NCBI GenBank assembly: GCA_965224465.1
Contig: OZ245049.1
Span: 2,220,001-2,252,000, forward strand
DNA from: Flavobacteriaceae bacterium
GTDB taxonomy: Bacteria; Bacteroidota; Bacteroidia; Flavobacteriales; Flavobacteriaceae
Reading direction: 5' to 3'
DNA length: 32,000 bases
In this document: in pieces, positions 25,263 to 32,000 of the stretch
How the letters are laid out: each line of letters begins with the position of its first letter
Position numbering within the stretch: position 1 is the stretch's first letter
Translations under genes and position numbers: made by a program
Notes under the pieces: model-generated
What the model saw: only the letters and a program-made list of their open reading frames with translations
Database searches by the model: none
What the model was told of the DNA's origin: nothing

Positions 25263-26141
25263 CTATTTTAAATCATTCCAAAAATCAAAAAAATTAAACC
25301 ATTGATACGGATATTTACTCAATATCAGTTCCATGCTTTTTATATAACTAGACAATAAACCTTGAGCATCCCTATGTTTAAACGCTGCTCTTTCTGCATA
25401 AAGTCTATATTGTTTATCCGAATGTTTCATTACATAAACAAATAGCACGGGTACTTGCAGCCTTGAGCCTAATAAAAACGGCCCTGCGGGAAAACGGGTC
25501 TCTTTCCCTAAAAAGTTTCCGTCAATTGTTTTTGTTCCTTCAATATAACGATCTCCAGTAAAACAGATTAAATTATTGTTTTTTAAAGCGTCGTTAATTT
25601 CAAAAACGTGTGTAAAATCATCTTTAATAATGATGAATTTAGTACTACTAAACCTATTGGATTTAGTAATTTGTTCTTTTATAGCTTTATGCTCATTATC
25701 AGTAGTAACAATACATATTTGAGAAAAGCTATCTACTTCCGTAAAAAAGAAATCAGAGAGTTCAAAATTCCCAATATGTGCACTTATTAAAATCCCTCCT
25801 TTTTTTTCTTTAAGGAGCTCTTCTATAATTTCATTCCCTTTGGATTTAAAAGAGAACTTGTTTTTCAATCCTGAGGTAATTGCGACCTTATCTATAATTG
25901 TTTGTCCAAAAACAAAATTGATTTTATAGGCACTTAAAATTGAGTTTAGCACTGTTTTCTTTCGCCTTTTTCTAAAGTATAAAAAACTAGCTTTAGATCC
26001 TTTCGTAGAAAACAAGAGATAATAGAAAGCAACAAAATACAACACAAAATAGGCACTTTTGATGCCTATTTTCTGTATTATAAATATAAATATTTTGTAG
26101 CCTAAAGGAGTTCCTTTTGATTTCCCGTCCCATTTAGTCAT
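25263..26141 (-). CDS. LpxL/HtrB-family (lipid A biosynthesis-type) acyl-ACP-dependent acyltransferase
   Basis: 292 aa. It has an N-terminal TM helix and the motif ISAHIGNFELSDFF (the H-x-x-x-x-E/D acyltransferase dyad as in LpxL HxGNWE). Confidence 0.7.
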   Translation of the reverse strand: MTKWDGKSKGTPLGYKIFIFIIQKIGIKSAYFVLYFVAFYYLLFSTKGSKASFLYFRKRRKKTVLNSILSAYKINFVFGQTIIDKVAITSGLKNKFSFKSKGNEIIEELLKEKKGGILISAHIGNFELSDFFFTEVDSFSQICIVTTDNEHKAIKEQITKSNRFSSTKFIIIKDDFTHVFEINDALKNNNLICFTGDRYIEGTKTIDGNFLGKETRFPAGPFLLGSRLQVPVLFVYVMKHSDKQYRLYAERAAFKHRDAQGLLSSYIKSMELILSKYPYQWFNFFDFWNDLK

Positions 26142-26149
26142 CTGTGATG

Positions 26150-26392
26150 TTAATTTAATTTCACCTCAATCAAATCGTAAAAATCTTTTAACGTAGCCAC
26201 TCCAACAAAATCTTCGGCTATTAATTTCACGCCAAATTCTGATTCTACAGCTACTACAAGATCTACAAAATCTAGGCTGTCTAGTTCTAGTGTTTCTTTT
26301 AAATTTGCATCTGGTACTAAATCATCGATTTCAGCTTCAAATTCATCAACTAAAAAATCGTTTATTTTCTCTATTATTAATTCTTTATCCAT
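26150..26392 (-). CDS. Acyl carrier protein
   Basis: 80 aa, very acidic. The attachment motif is TLELDSLDFVDLV. It overlaps the upstream KAS gene by 8 nt. Confidence 0.85.
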   Translation of the reverse strand: MDKELIIEKINDFLVDEFEAEIDDLVPDANLKETLELDSLDFVDLVVAVESEFGVKLIAEDFVGVATLKDFYDLIEVKLN

Positions 26393-27614
26393 TAAGAGTA
26401 TTCTTTTTAATTATTATTGCCGAATTAGTCCCTCCAAAACCAAAGGAATTCGACAAAAATACGTCAATTTTCTTATCGATTGTCTCTTTTACAAGATTTA
26501 ATTTAGCGCTATCCTCATCGGTTTCCTGCAAGTTAATATTGGGAGCTATAAAAGAATGCTCCATCATTAACATAGAATACACAATTTCACTTGCACCAGC
26601 CATCCAGCATTCATGCCCTGTCATGGATTTTGTAGAACTCACATAAGGGGAATGCCCTTTAAAGGTTTCATAAATAGCTCTTGCTTCCATGGTGTCACCT
26701 ATAGGAGTAGACGTTGCATGCGCATTAATATAAGAAATATCTTTCGCTTCTATTCCTGCTTGTTTTATAGCGTTTTTCATGGCTCTAGCAGGACCATCTG
26801 TATTAGGACTTGAAATATGTTCGCCATTAGAAGAAAATCCATAACCAATTACTTCGCCCAATATAGTAGCTCCTCTTTTAATAGCAGACTCGTAGCTTTC
26901 TAATATTAACGTAGCTCCTCCTCCACTAGGAACAAGTCCTCCTCTATTTTTATCAAAGGGTTTGCTAGCCTCTGCTGGTACTAATTCATCATTTGCAAAA
27001 ACCCCTAATCCGTCAAAGCTTCCCATTGCAAATTTATTTACTTCTTGAGCACCTCCACAAATAATAATTTCTTGAAGTCCGCTTTTAATTAAATGAAATC
27101 CTAGGCCAACGGAATGCGAACCACTTGCACAGGCAGCACTCACCGTTAAATTTATACCTCGTAATTTAAAAATAGTTGATAAATTCATCGATACTGTCGA
27201 GTTCATACTTTTAAATATAGCTCCAGAACCTACAAGAGTTGTATCTTTCTTAGCCCGAACTATATCAATAGATTCTATGACTGATTTTGCGGTGCTATCG
27301 TTTCCAAAAATGATACCTACTTCATTATTCTCTAAAAATTTCATGTCTATTTTAGCATTTCCTAATGCTTCTAAAGTAGACACGTATGCATATTGAGTTT
27401 CCTCTCCCATGCTTATTCTTTCTCGTCTAGACAATAATTTTTTTAAATTTGGAATTTCTACCTTACCTGTTAGCGCGGATCTATAACCAAACTCTTTTCT
27501 ATCAGTATCAAAAACAATTCCAGATTTACCTTTGTACAACGATTCTTTAACCTCTTTTAGGTTTTTCCCTAAGCAGGAATAGATACCCATACCTGTTATA
27601 ACAACTCTTCTCAT
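26385..27614 (-). CDS. Beta-ketoacyl-ACP synthase I/II (FabB/FabF-like)
   Basis: 409 aa. Motifs are SAACASGSHS (Cys), NAHATSTPIGD (His), TGHECWMAGA (His) and SFGFGGTNSAIII. Confidence 0.85.
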   Translation of the reverse strand: MRRVVITGMGIYSCLGKNLKEVKESLYKGKSGIVFDTDRKEFGYRSALTGKVEIPNLKKLLSRRERISMGEETQYAYVSTLEALGNAKIDMKFLENNEVGIIFGNDSTAKSVIESIDIVRAKKDTTLVGSGAIFKSMNSTVSMNLSTIFKLRGINLTVSAACASGSHSVGLGFHLIKSGLQEIIICGGAQEVNKFAMGSFDGLGVFANDELVPAEASKPFDKNRGGLVPSGGGATLILESYESAIKRGATILGEVIGYGFSSNGEHISSPNTDGPARAMKNAIKQAGIEAKDISYINAHATSTPIGDTMEARAIYETFKGHSPYVSSTKSMTGHECWMAGASEIVYSMLMMEHSFIAPNINLQETDEDSAKLNLVKETIDKKIDVFLSNSFGFGGTNSAIIIKKNTLNG

Positions 27615-28345
27615 TATGAATAAATTCCTCCGTTAATATTAATTATTTCTCCTGTAATATAGGAAGATTTTTTAGATACTAAAAAAGAAACTAAATCAGC
27701 CACTTCACTTGCCTCTCCAAACCGATTAGCAGGAATCATTTTTTTCAATTCTTTTTCATCCAAAGCTGCTGTCATATCTGACTTTATAAACCCTGGAGCC
27801 ACTGCATTTACAGTGATTTTACGTTTCGCTACTTCTTGTGCTAAAGCTTTAGTTGCAGCAACTATAGCTCCTTTTGCCGCAGAATAATTTGTTTGTCCTG
27901 GCGTCCCTTTCATTCCTGAAACAGAAACAATATTTACAATGCGACCGTATCTATTTCGAAGCATTTTCTGCATCAAATTATTAGTTACATTAAAAAAACC
28001 ACTTAAACTCGTATTAATCACACTATCCCAATCCTCTTTAGGCATCCACATAAACAAACCGTCTTTTGTAATTCCGGCATTATTCACAAGAACTTCAATC
28101 ATTCCATCTTTGTTGTTTTCATGCCAAGCATTCAGTTTGGTATTAACCTCTTCGTGATTTGCTACATCAAATTGAATAATCTCACCAGAATTTCCAGCTG
28201 CCTGAACAGCTTTCAAGGTCTCTTCAGCTGCTACTTTATTTGATGCATAATTTATTAAAATATGATACTCAGAATCTTTTGCTAATTGAGTACAAATTGC
28301 TTTTCCTATACCTCTAGAACCACCTGTTACTAATGCTGTTTTCAT
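27614..28345 (-). CDS. 3-oxoacyl-ACP reductase (FabG-like SDR)
   Basis: 243 aa. Motifs are TGGSRGIGKA (cofactor binding), NNAGI and YSAAKGA (the catalytic Tyr-x-x-x-Lys). Confidence 0.9.
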   Translation of the reverse strand: MKTALVTGGSRGIGKAICTQLAKDSEYHILINYASNKVAAEETLKAVQAAGNSGEIIQFDVANHEEVNTKLNAWHENNKDGMIEVLVNNAGITKDGLFMWMPKEDWDSVINTSLSGFFNVTNNLMQKMLRNRYGRIVNIVSVSGMKGTPGQTNYSAAKGAIVAATKALAQEVAKRKITVNAVAPGFIKSDMTAALDEKELKKMIPANRFGEASEVADLVSFLVSKKSSYITGEIININGGIYS

Positions 28346-28389
28346 AAAAATATCCTTGTTTAAAATTGGGTTGTTTTTTAACTGTAATC

Positions 28390-29943
28390 TTATAATTGCA
28401 TTAAATACGCTTTCACTTTATTTACATACGGATACATAACAACATCTTCCTTAAATACTGGAACTATAGCACGTATCTCTTTATATAATTGAGCTGTATG
28501 TGATGATATTTTATCTTGATAATTCAAATATTCTATCGCCTGAACTATTGTAATCAACTCTATCGCAACTACTTCAAATGAATTTTCTATCGTCTTCTGA
28601 GTTATAAGAGCAGCATTCGTCCCCATACTTACAATATCTTGATTGTCATTATTATTAGGAATACTATGTACATACATAGGATTCGAAAGCATTTGGTTTT
28701 CTGCCGTAGTTGAAGTTGCCGTAAATTGAACACCTTGCATTCCGAAATTTAATCCTAAAGTTCCTAAATTCACAAAAGGAGGAAGAATATCATTTAATTT
28801 ATGATTTAACAAATAGTTTAACTGTCGCTCAGACAACATGCACATTTTTGTTACGACAAGCTTTAATTTATCCATCTCTAATGAGACATAATCTCCATGA
28901 AAATTACCTCCGTGATAAACATATTTGTTTTTAACATCAACTATTGGATTGTCATTTGCAGAGTTTACTTCGCTGTACAGGACTCCTTCTACATTATTAA
29001 TTGTATCTAACACAGGCCCTAAAATTTGAGGCACGCATCTTAAGGAGTAATATTCCTGAATTTTTTCTTTAAAAATCTCGTCAGTTACCTTTGCAGAGTA
29101 CAAATGTTCTTCTCTATTTCTAATAAGTTGACTGTCTTGAAGAGCATCCCGCATTGTTTTTGCAATATCTTGCTGTCCCTTATGCTTTTTTGCATGGTTC
29201 AACTCATACGACAAATGGTCGTCATAAGCACTTACAATCTCATTTATAGCAATGGAGCAATCTGTAATACATTTAAGTAATTTTTGAGAATGAATCACAT
29301 TTACAATCCCGATCCCCGTCATCACAGAAGTTCCATTCATTAAAGCCAAACCTTCTCGTAGTTCCACTTTAATAGGGGTTAAGTTTTCTATTTCAAACAC
29401 TTCTTTTGTAGCTCTTCGCTCTCCTTTATAGAACACCTCACCTTCTCCAATAAGCACTAAAGCAAGATGTGCCAATTGCACTAAATCTCCACTTGCTCCA
29501 ACTCCTCCATGAGAAAATATCAAAGGAGTAATGTCCTTATTTAAGATTTCCACCATCAATTTTACAACAGATGGATGCACTCCTGAATTCCCCAAACACA
29601 AGGTGTTTAAACGTGCAAAAATAGCAGATTTAACAACACAAGCATCTAACGGAACACCTGAGCCGGAAGCATGACTTCTAATAAGATTGTATTGTAACTG
29701 AATTCTATCTTCGTCATTAATTTTATATTGTGCCATCGGTCCAAAACCAGTATTTACACCATATAAAATTTTATTTTCTGAAAATTCTTTTAAAAAGTCG
29801 AAACTATCCTGTACTCTTTTTAAGACTTTTTCGCTTAAACTAATGGTTGAACCTTGAAAAAGAACTGAATAAAAATCTTTTGGTTCCAGTTCTTTTTCGA
29901 TTTGGAACACGGACGTTTCCAATTCTGTTTTTGTATTCAGCAT
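28390..29943 (-). CDS. MIO-dependent aromatic amino-acid ammonia-lyase, tyrosine ammonia-lyase predicted from context
   Basis: 517 aa. The MIO-forming Ala-Ser-Gly in GGVGASGDL lies at 29488-29496. Other motifs are YGVNTGFG and NDNP. It closely resembles, from memory, the flavobacterial TAL family. It is the first gene of the array. Confidence 0.8.
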   Translation of the reverse strand: MLNTKTELETSVFQIEKELEPKDFYSVLFQGSTISLSEKVLKRVQDSFDFLKEFSENKILYGVNTGFGPMAQYKINDEDRIQLQYNLIRSHASGSGVPLDACVVKSAIFARLNTLCLGNSGVHPSVVKLMVEILNKDITPLIFSHGGVGASGDLVQLAHLALVLIGEGEVFYKGERRATKEVFEIENLTPIKVELREGLALMNGTSVMTGIGIVNVIHSQKLLKCITDCSIAINEIVSAYDDHLSYELNHAKKHKGQQDIAKTMRDALQDSQLIRNREEHLYSAKVTDEIFKEKIQEYYSLRCVPQILGPVLDTINNVEGVLYSEVNSANDNPIVDVKNKYVYHGGNFHGDYVSLEMDKLKLVVTKMCMLSERQLNYLLNHKLNDILPPFVNLGTLGLNFGMQGVQFTATSTTAENQMLSNPMYVHSIPNNNDNQDIVSMGTNAALITQKTIENSFEVVAIELITIVQAIEYLNYQDKISSHTAQLYKEIRAIVPVFKEDVVMYPYVNKVKAYLMQL

Positions 29944-30002
29944 TTTATATTGTTTTTTATAATAAAGTCTTTCCGTAAGAAATAAAATTAGTAAATTTAT
30001 AG

Positions 30003-30010
30003 CAAACTTA
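30003..30010 (-). promoter_or_regulatory. Candidate Bacteroidetes -7 promoter element (TAnnTTTG) for the pigment operon
   Basis: The minus strand reads TAAGTTTG approx 60 nt upstream of the ammonia-lyase ATG, in the only sizeable intergenic gap at the head of the array. No exact TTTG -33 element lies at canonical spacing; only TTTA is present. Confidence 0.3.
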
Positions 30011-30035
30011 AGGTATTTTTTAAACTAAACATGAA

Positions 30036-31274
30036 ATGAATAAAAAAATAATTGACGTCCTTGTCATAGGTGCAGGTCCTTCTGGCTGCGTGTCAGCATC
30101 TTACCTTTCTAACCACAATATTAACGTAAAAATAATCGAAAAATCCATATTCCCTAGGTACGTCATAGGCGAAAGTTTACTCCCTAGATGTATGGATCAT
30201 TTCGAAGAAGTCGGATTGCTTGAATGCCTCAAAAAAAGCAACTTTGAAATAAAAAACGGAGCAAGATTTATTAGAGGAAATGAAGTCTGTAATTTTGATT
30301 TTTCAAATAAACATACAGATGGATGGGATTGGACTTGGCAAGTACCTAGAGATGAATTTGACAATGTACTGGCTCAAGAAACTATAAAAAAAGGGGTAGA
30401 TATCTCTTTTGAAACTACGGTAGAGGATGTTGTTATTAAAGACACCTACTCAGAAGTAACCATCTGTGATAAAAATGGATTAAAATCAACTATTTACACT
30501 AAGTTTATTATCGATTCTAGTGGATATGGCCGTGTTCTTCCAAGAATATTAGACTTAGAAAAAGATTCTGAACTGCCAAAGCACGCATCTATTTTTACAC
30601 AAGTTAAAGATATTAATAGACCTCCTGGTAAAGAAGGAACCATGATTACCTTTGATGTTTTAGAAACGCAAGTGTGGCTTTGGGTGATCCCTTTCTCTAA
30701 TGGAAACACAAGCATTGGCTTTGTCGGCCCTACATCATTTATAAATTCATTTAAAGGATCACCTTCTGAAATTATTGAACAGATGCTCGACTTATCTGCT
30801 TATTACAAAAACAGGTTCAAAGGAGTAACACATCTTTTCACTCCTATTTTAATAGAAAACTTCTCGAAATCTGTAAAACAACTATACGGAAAAGGGTATG
30901 CCTTAACAGGAAATAGTTCAGAATTTTTAGATCCCGTATTCTCCTCTGGCGTTGCTTTTGCAACTGAATCAGGATTATTAGCAGCAAAATTAGCACTTAA
31001 AGAACTAAACGGACAACCTGTTGATTGGGAAAACGAATACGCAAAATATATAAGTAAAGGAGTCGCTGTTTTTAAATCATATGTGGAAGAGTGGTATTCT
31101 GGAAACCTACAAGAGTTGTTCTTTTTCCAACCAGAAAACAAAGATATTAAGAAAAAAATATGTGCTGTACTAGCTGGATATGTTTGGGATGAGACCAATC
31201 CATTTGTCACAAAACACAAGCGTATTATTAGTAATGTTGCTCATCTTATAAAATCTGACGCCCCCACCATTTAG
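30036..31274 (+). CDS. Flavin-dependent halogenase (tryptophan-halogenase family)
   Basis: 412 aa. It has the FAD motif VLVIGAGPSGCVSAS. The halogenase signature W-x-W-x-I/V-P appears as WTWQVP (30330-30347). The second signature F-x-D-P-x-F-S-x-G appears as FLDPVFSSG (30924-30950). The candidate catalytic Lys is in FEIKNGARF. Confidence 0.75.
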   Translation: MNKKIIDVLVIGAGPSGCVSASYLSNHNINVKIIEKSIFPRYVIGESLLPRCMDHFEEVGLLECLKKSNFEIKNGARFIRGNEVCNFDFSNKHTDGWDWTWQVPRDEFDNVLAQETIKKGVDISFETTVEDVVIKDTYSEVTICDKNGLKSTIYTKFIIDSSGYGRVLPRILDLEKDSELPKHASIFTQVKDINRPPGKEGTMITFDVLETQVWLWVIPFSNGNTSIGFVGPTSFINSFKGSPSEIIEQMLDLSAYYKNRFKGVTHLFTPILIENFSKSVKQLYGKGYALTGNSSEFLDPVFSSGVAFATESGLLAAKLALKELNGQPVDWENEYAKYISKGVAVFKSYVEEWYSGNLQELFFFQPENKDIKKKICAVLAGYVWDETNPFVTKHKRIISNVAHLIKSDAPTI

Positions 31275-31423
31275 TTTATGACGATCACAATTGAACGCAT
31301 ATTAGCAAAGGTATATTCTACTTTTAATATCGGTGTTCTTTTTATAAAAAAAAGAGAGGTTTCTAAATTGGTTCTTTATTGCCAATCTTAACTCCCTTTT
31401 ATTTATAAAATTTAAATACTTTT

Positions 31424-31470
31424 AAAACAGTATAAAACCCAAGGGTACTCCTTTCTTTTTATACTGTTTT
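31424..31470. repeat. Perfect 14-bp-stem hairpin (AAAACAGTATAAAA / TTTTATACTGTTTT, 19-nt loop); possible terminator or operator
   Basis: The arms at 31424-31437 and 31457-31470 are exact reverse complements. The hairpin lies approx 150 nt downstream of the halogenase stop. The stem is AT-rich and has no clean downstream T-run beyond the arm itself. Confidence 0.4.
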
Positions 31471-31545
31471 CTCTAATTAATATCAAATAATACCCTTATA
31501 GTTAAGGAGGAATTTCTATTCATTGATTACAGATAGACTATCCAC

Positions 31546-31561
31546 AAAACAGTACTGTTTT
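31546..31561. repeat. Perfect 16-bp palindrome AAAACAGTACTGTTTT sharing the 9-mer AAAACAGTA with the hairpin at 31424-31470
   Basis: Read directly from the sequence. Together with the hairpin arms it gives four copies of AAAACAGTA/TACTGTTTT within 140 bp. Confidence 0.5.
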
Positions 31562-32000
31562 TTACTCATTCTCTTTTTCTTTAGTAAATCGATATGATCT
31601 CCGAATAGTAAAAAAGGTTAATTCTACCTGTTTTTTTCTGATTTCAAGGTGCTTTTATGGACTAAAAACAACATGGCTAAAAAGGCAATCCTGTTTTTTA
31701 AAAATCAGAAACTGATACCTAAATCAACAGCATCGACCCTAGGGCACGAGGCATACTCCCGAAATACTCTTTTCTATTTTGAGGCAACCCCTTCTGAATT
31801 TAAATCCTCAATGAGGGATTAAAAACACAAATACCTTTAAATTAAGCTGTTAGTTTCCTTTTTTTTTATTAAATTTAGACGAATAAAAAATACTTTTATA
31901 GGATTATAGCCCGCGTATTTTTATTTTTAAATAATATTGAAAAAACATAGACTCAATTTTAAGTAGTCTTTCTGAAATTATTTTCAAGAAAATTACAAAC

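Noticed and set aside
1209-28157. Remaining short plus-strand track ORFs (1209-1448, 2020-2217, 5821-6129, 10597-10827, 10975-11187, 11270-11488, 11562-11750, 11656-11865, 12008-12244, 15375-15617, 15986-16237, 18538-18753, 19415-19597, 19995-20246, 22661-22861, 25608-25790, 26290-26646, 26613-26813, 27939-28157)
   Set aside because: All are 60-118 aa and lie entirely within, and antisense to, well-supported minus-strand genes. None shows a recognisable motif.
28390-29943. Annotating the ammonia-lyase as histidine ammonia-lyase (hutH) on the basis of the Ser-His dipeptide
   Set aside because: No hutU/hutI/hutG genes are nearby. The gene heads a polyene pigment operon, and flavobacterial enzymes with this motif are known tyrosine ammonia-lyases.
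30494-31219. Minus-strand ORFs of 73 aa and 138 aa inside the halogenase gene
   Set aside because: They lie antisense to a gene with three independent family signatures, and their composition is typical of spurious antisense frames.
31546-31561. Reading the ACAGTACTGT palindrome as a LexA/SOS box
   Set aside because: The gammaproteobacterial SOS box is CTGT-N8-ACAG. Here the half-sites are in the opposite arrangement with no spacer, and that consensus is not established for Bacteroidota.
31673-31822. 49-aa plus-strand ORF (MAKKAILFFKNQKLIPKSTASTLGHEAYSRNTLFYFEATPSEFKSSMRD) in the ORF-free region
   Set aside because: It is short, has no recognisable motif, and has no supporting context. It could be chance or a decayed gene fragment, so I do not report it as a feature.
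1-32000. Search by eye for CRISPR arrays, tRNA/rRNA genes, toxin-antitoxin pairs or defence-system genes
   Set aside because: I saw no regularly spaced direct repeats, no tRNA-like T-arm (GGTTCGAATCC-type) sequences, and no nuclease, helicase or methylase motifs. Apart from the two IS elements, all long ORFs fit the pigment pathway.

Overview
This is an AT-rich segment (roughly one-third G+C by eye, not computed) that looks like Bacteroidota/Flavobacteriaceae chromosome. Positions 1-29943 form one minus-strand gene array with almost no gaps and many 1-8 nt start/stop overlaps. I read it as a flexirubin-type aryl-polyene / dialkylresorcinol pigment biosynthesis and export cluster. Biosynthetic genes: a TAL-like aromatic amino-acid ammonia-lyase, FabG, three Cys-His-His ketosynthases, a Cys-less chain-length-factor-like partner, a truncated KS-like protein, two ACPs, three hot-dog dehydratases, a 4HBT thioesterase, DarA/DarB and a SAM methyltransferase. 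Acyltransferase candidates: an LpxL-like, a BtrH-like and a C45-like protein. Export and envelope genes: an ABC-2 exporter, a NodB deacetylase, a LolA/LolB-like pair, GT2-DUF2062, a 1223-aa MMPL-PlsC-MTase-like fusion and a CrtI-like flavoprotein. A flavin-dependent halogenase is divergently transcribed at 30036-31274. The array is split at 14183-17323 by a nested insertion. A 2007-bp IS66-family element (TnpB + TnpC, GTAAGCG ends, perfect 8-bp AGAACAAC target duplication) sits inside the transposase gene of an IS30-family element. The right inverted repeat of that IS30 element now supplies the last codon and the stop of a ketosynthase gene. Positions 31275-32000 have no long ORF and carry repeated AAAACAGTA palindromes. 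I saw no rRNA, tRNA or CRISPR array. The cluster family is known, so the open questions are elsewhere: which enzyme forms the pigment ester, what the GT2/deacetylase/Lol/MMPL-fusion envelope module does, why no aryl-activating ligase is present, and whether the IS stack silences the distal half. All family calls rest on motifs read by eye; no database search was run.
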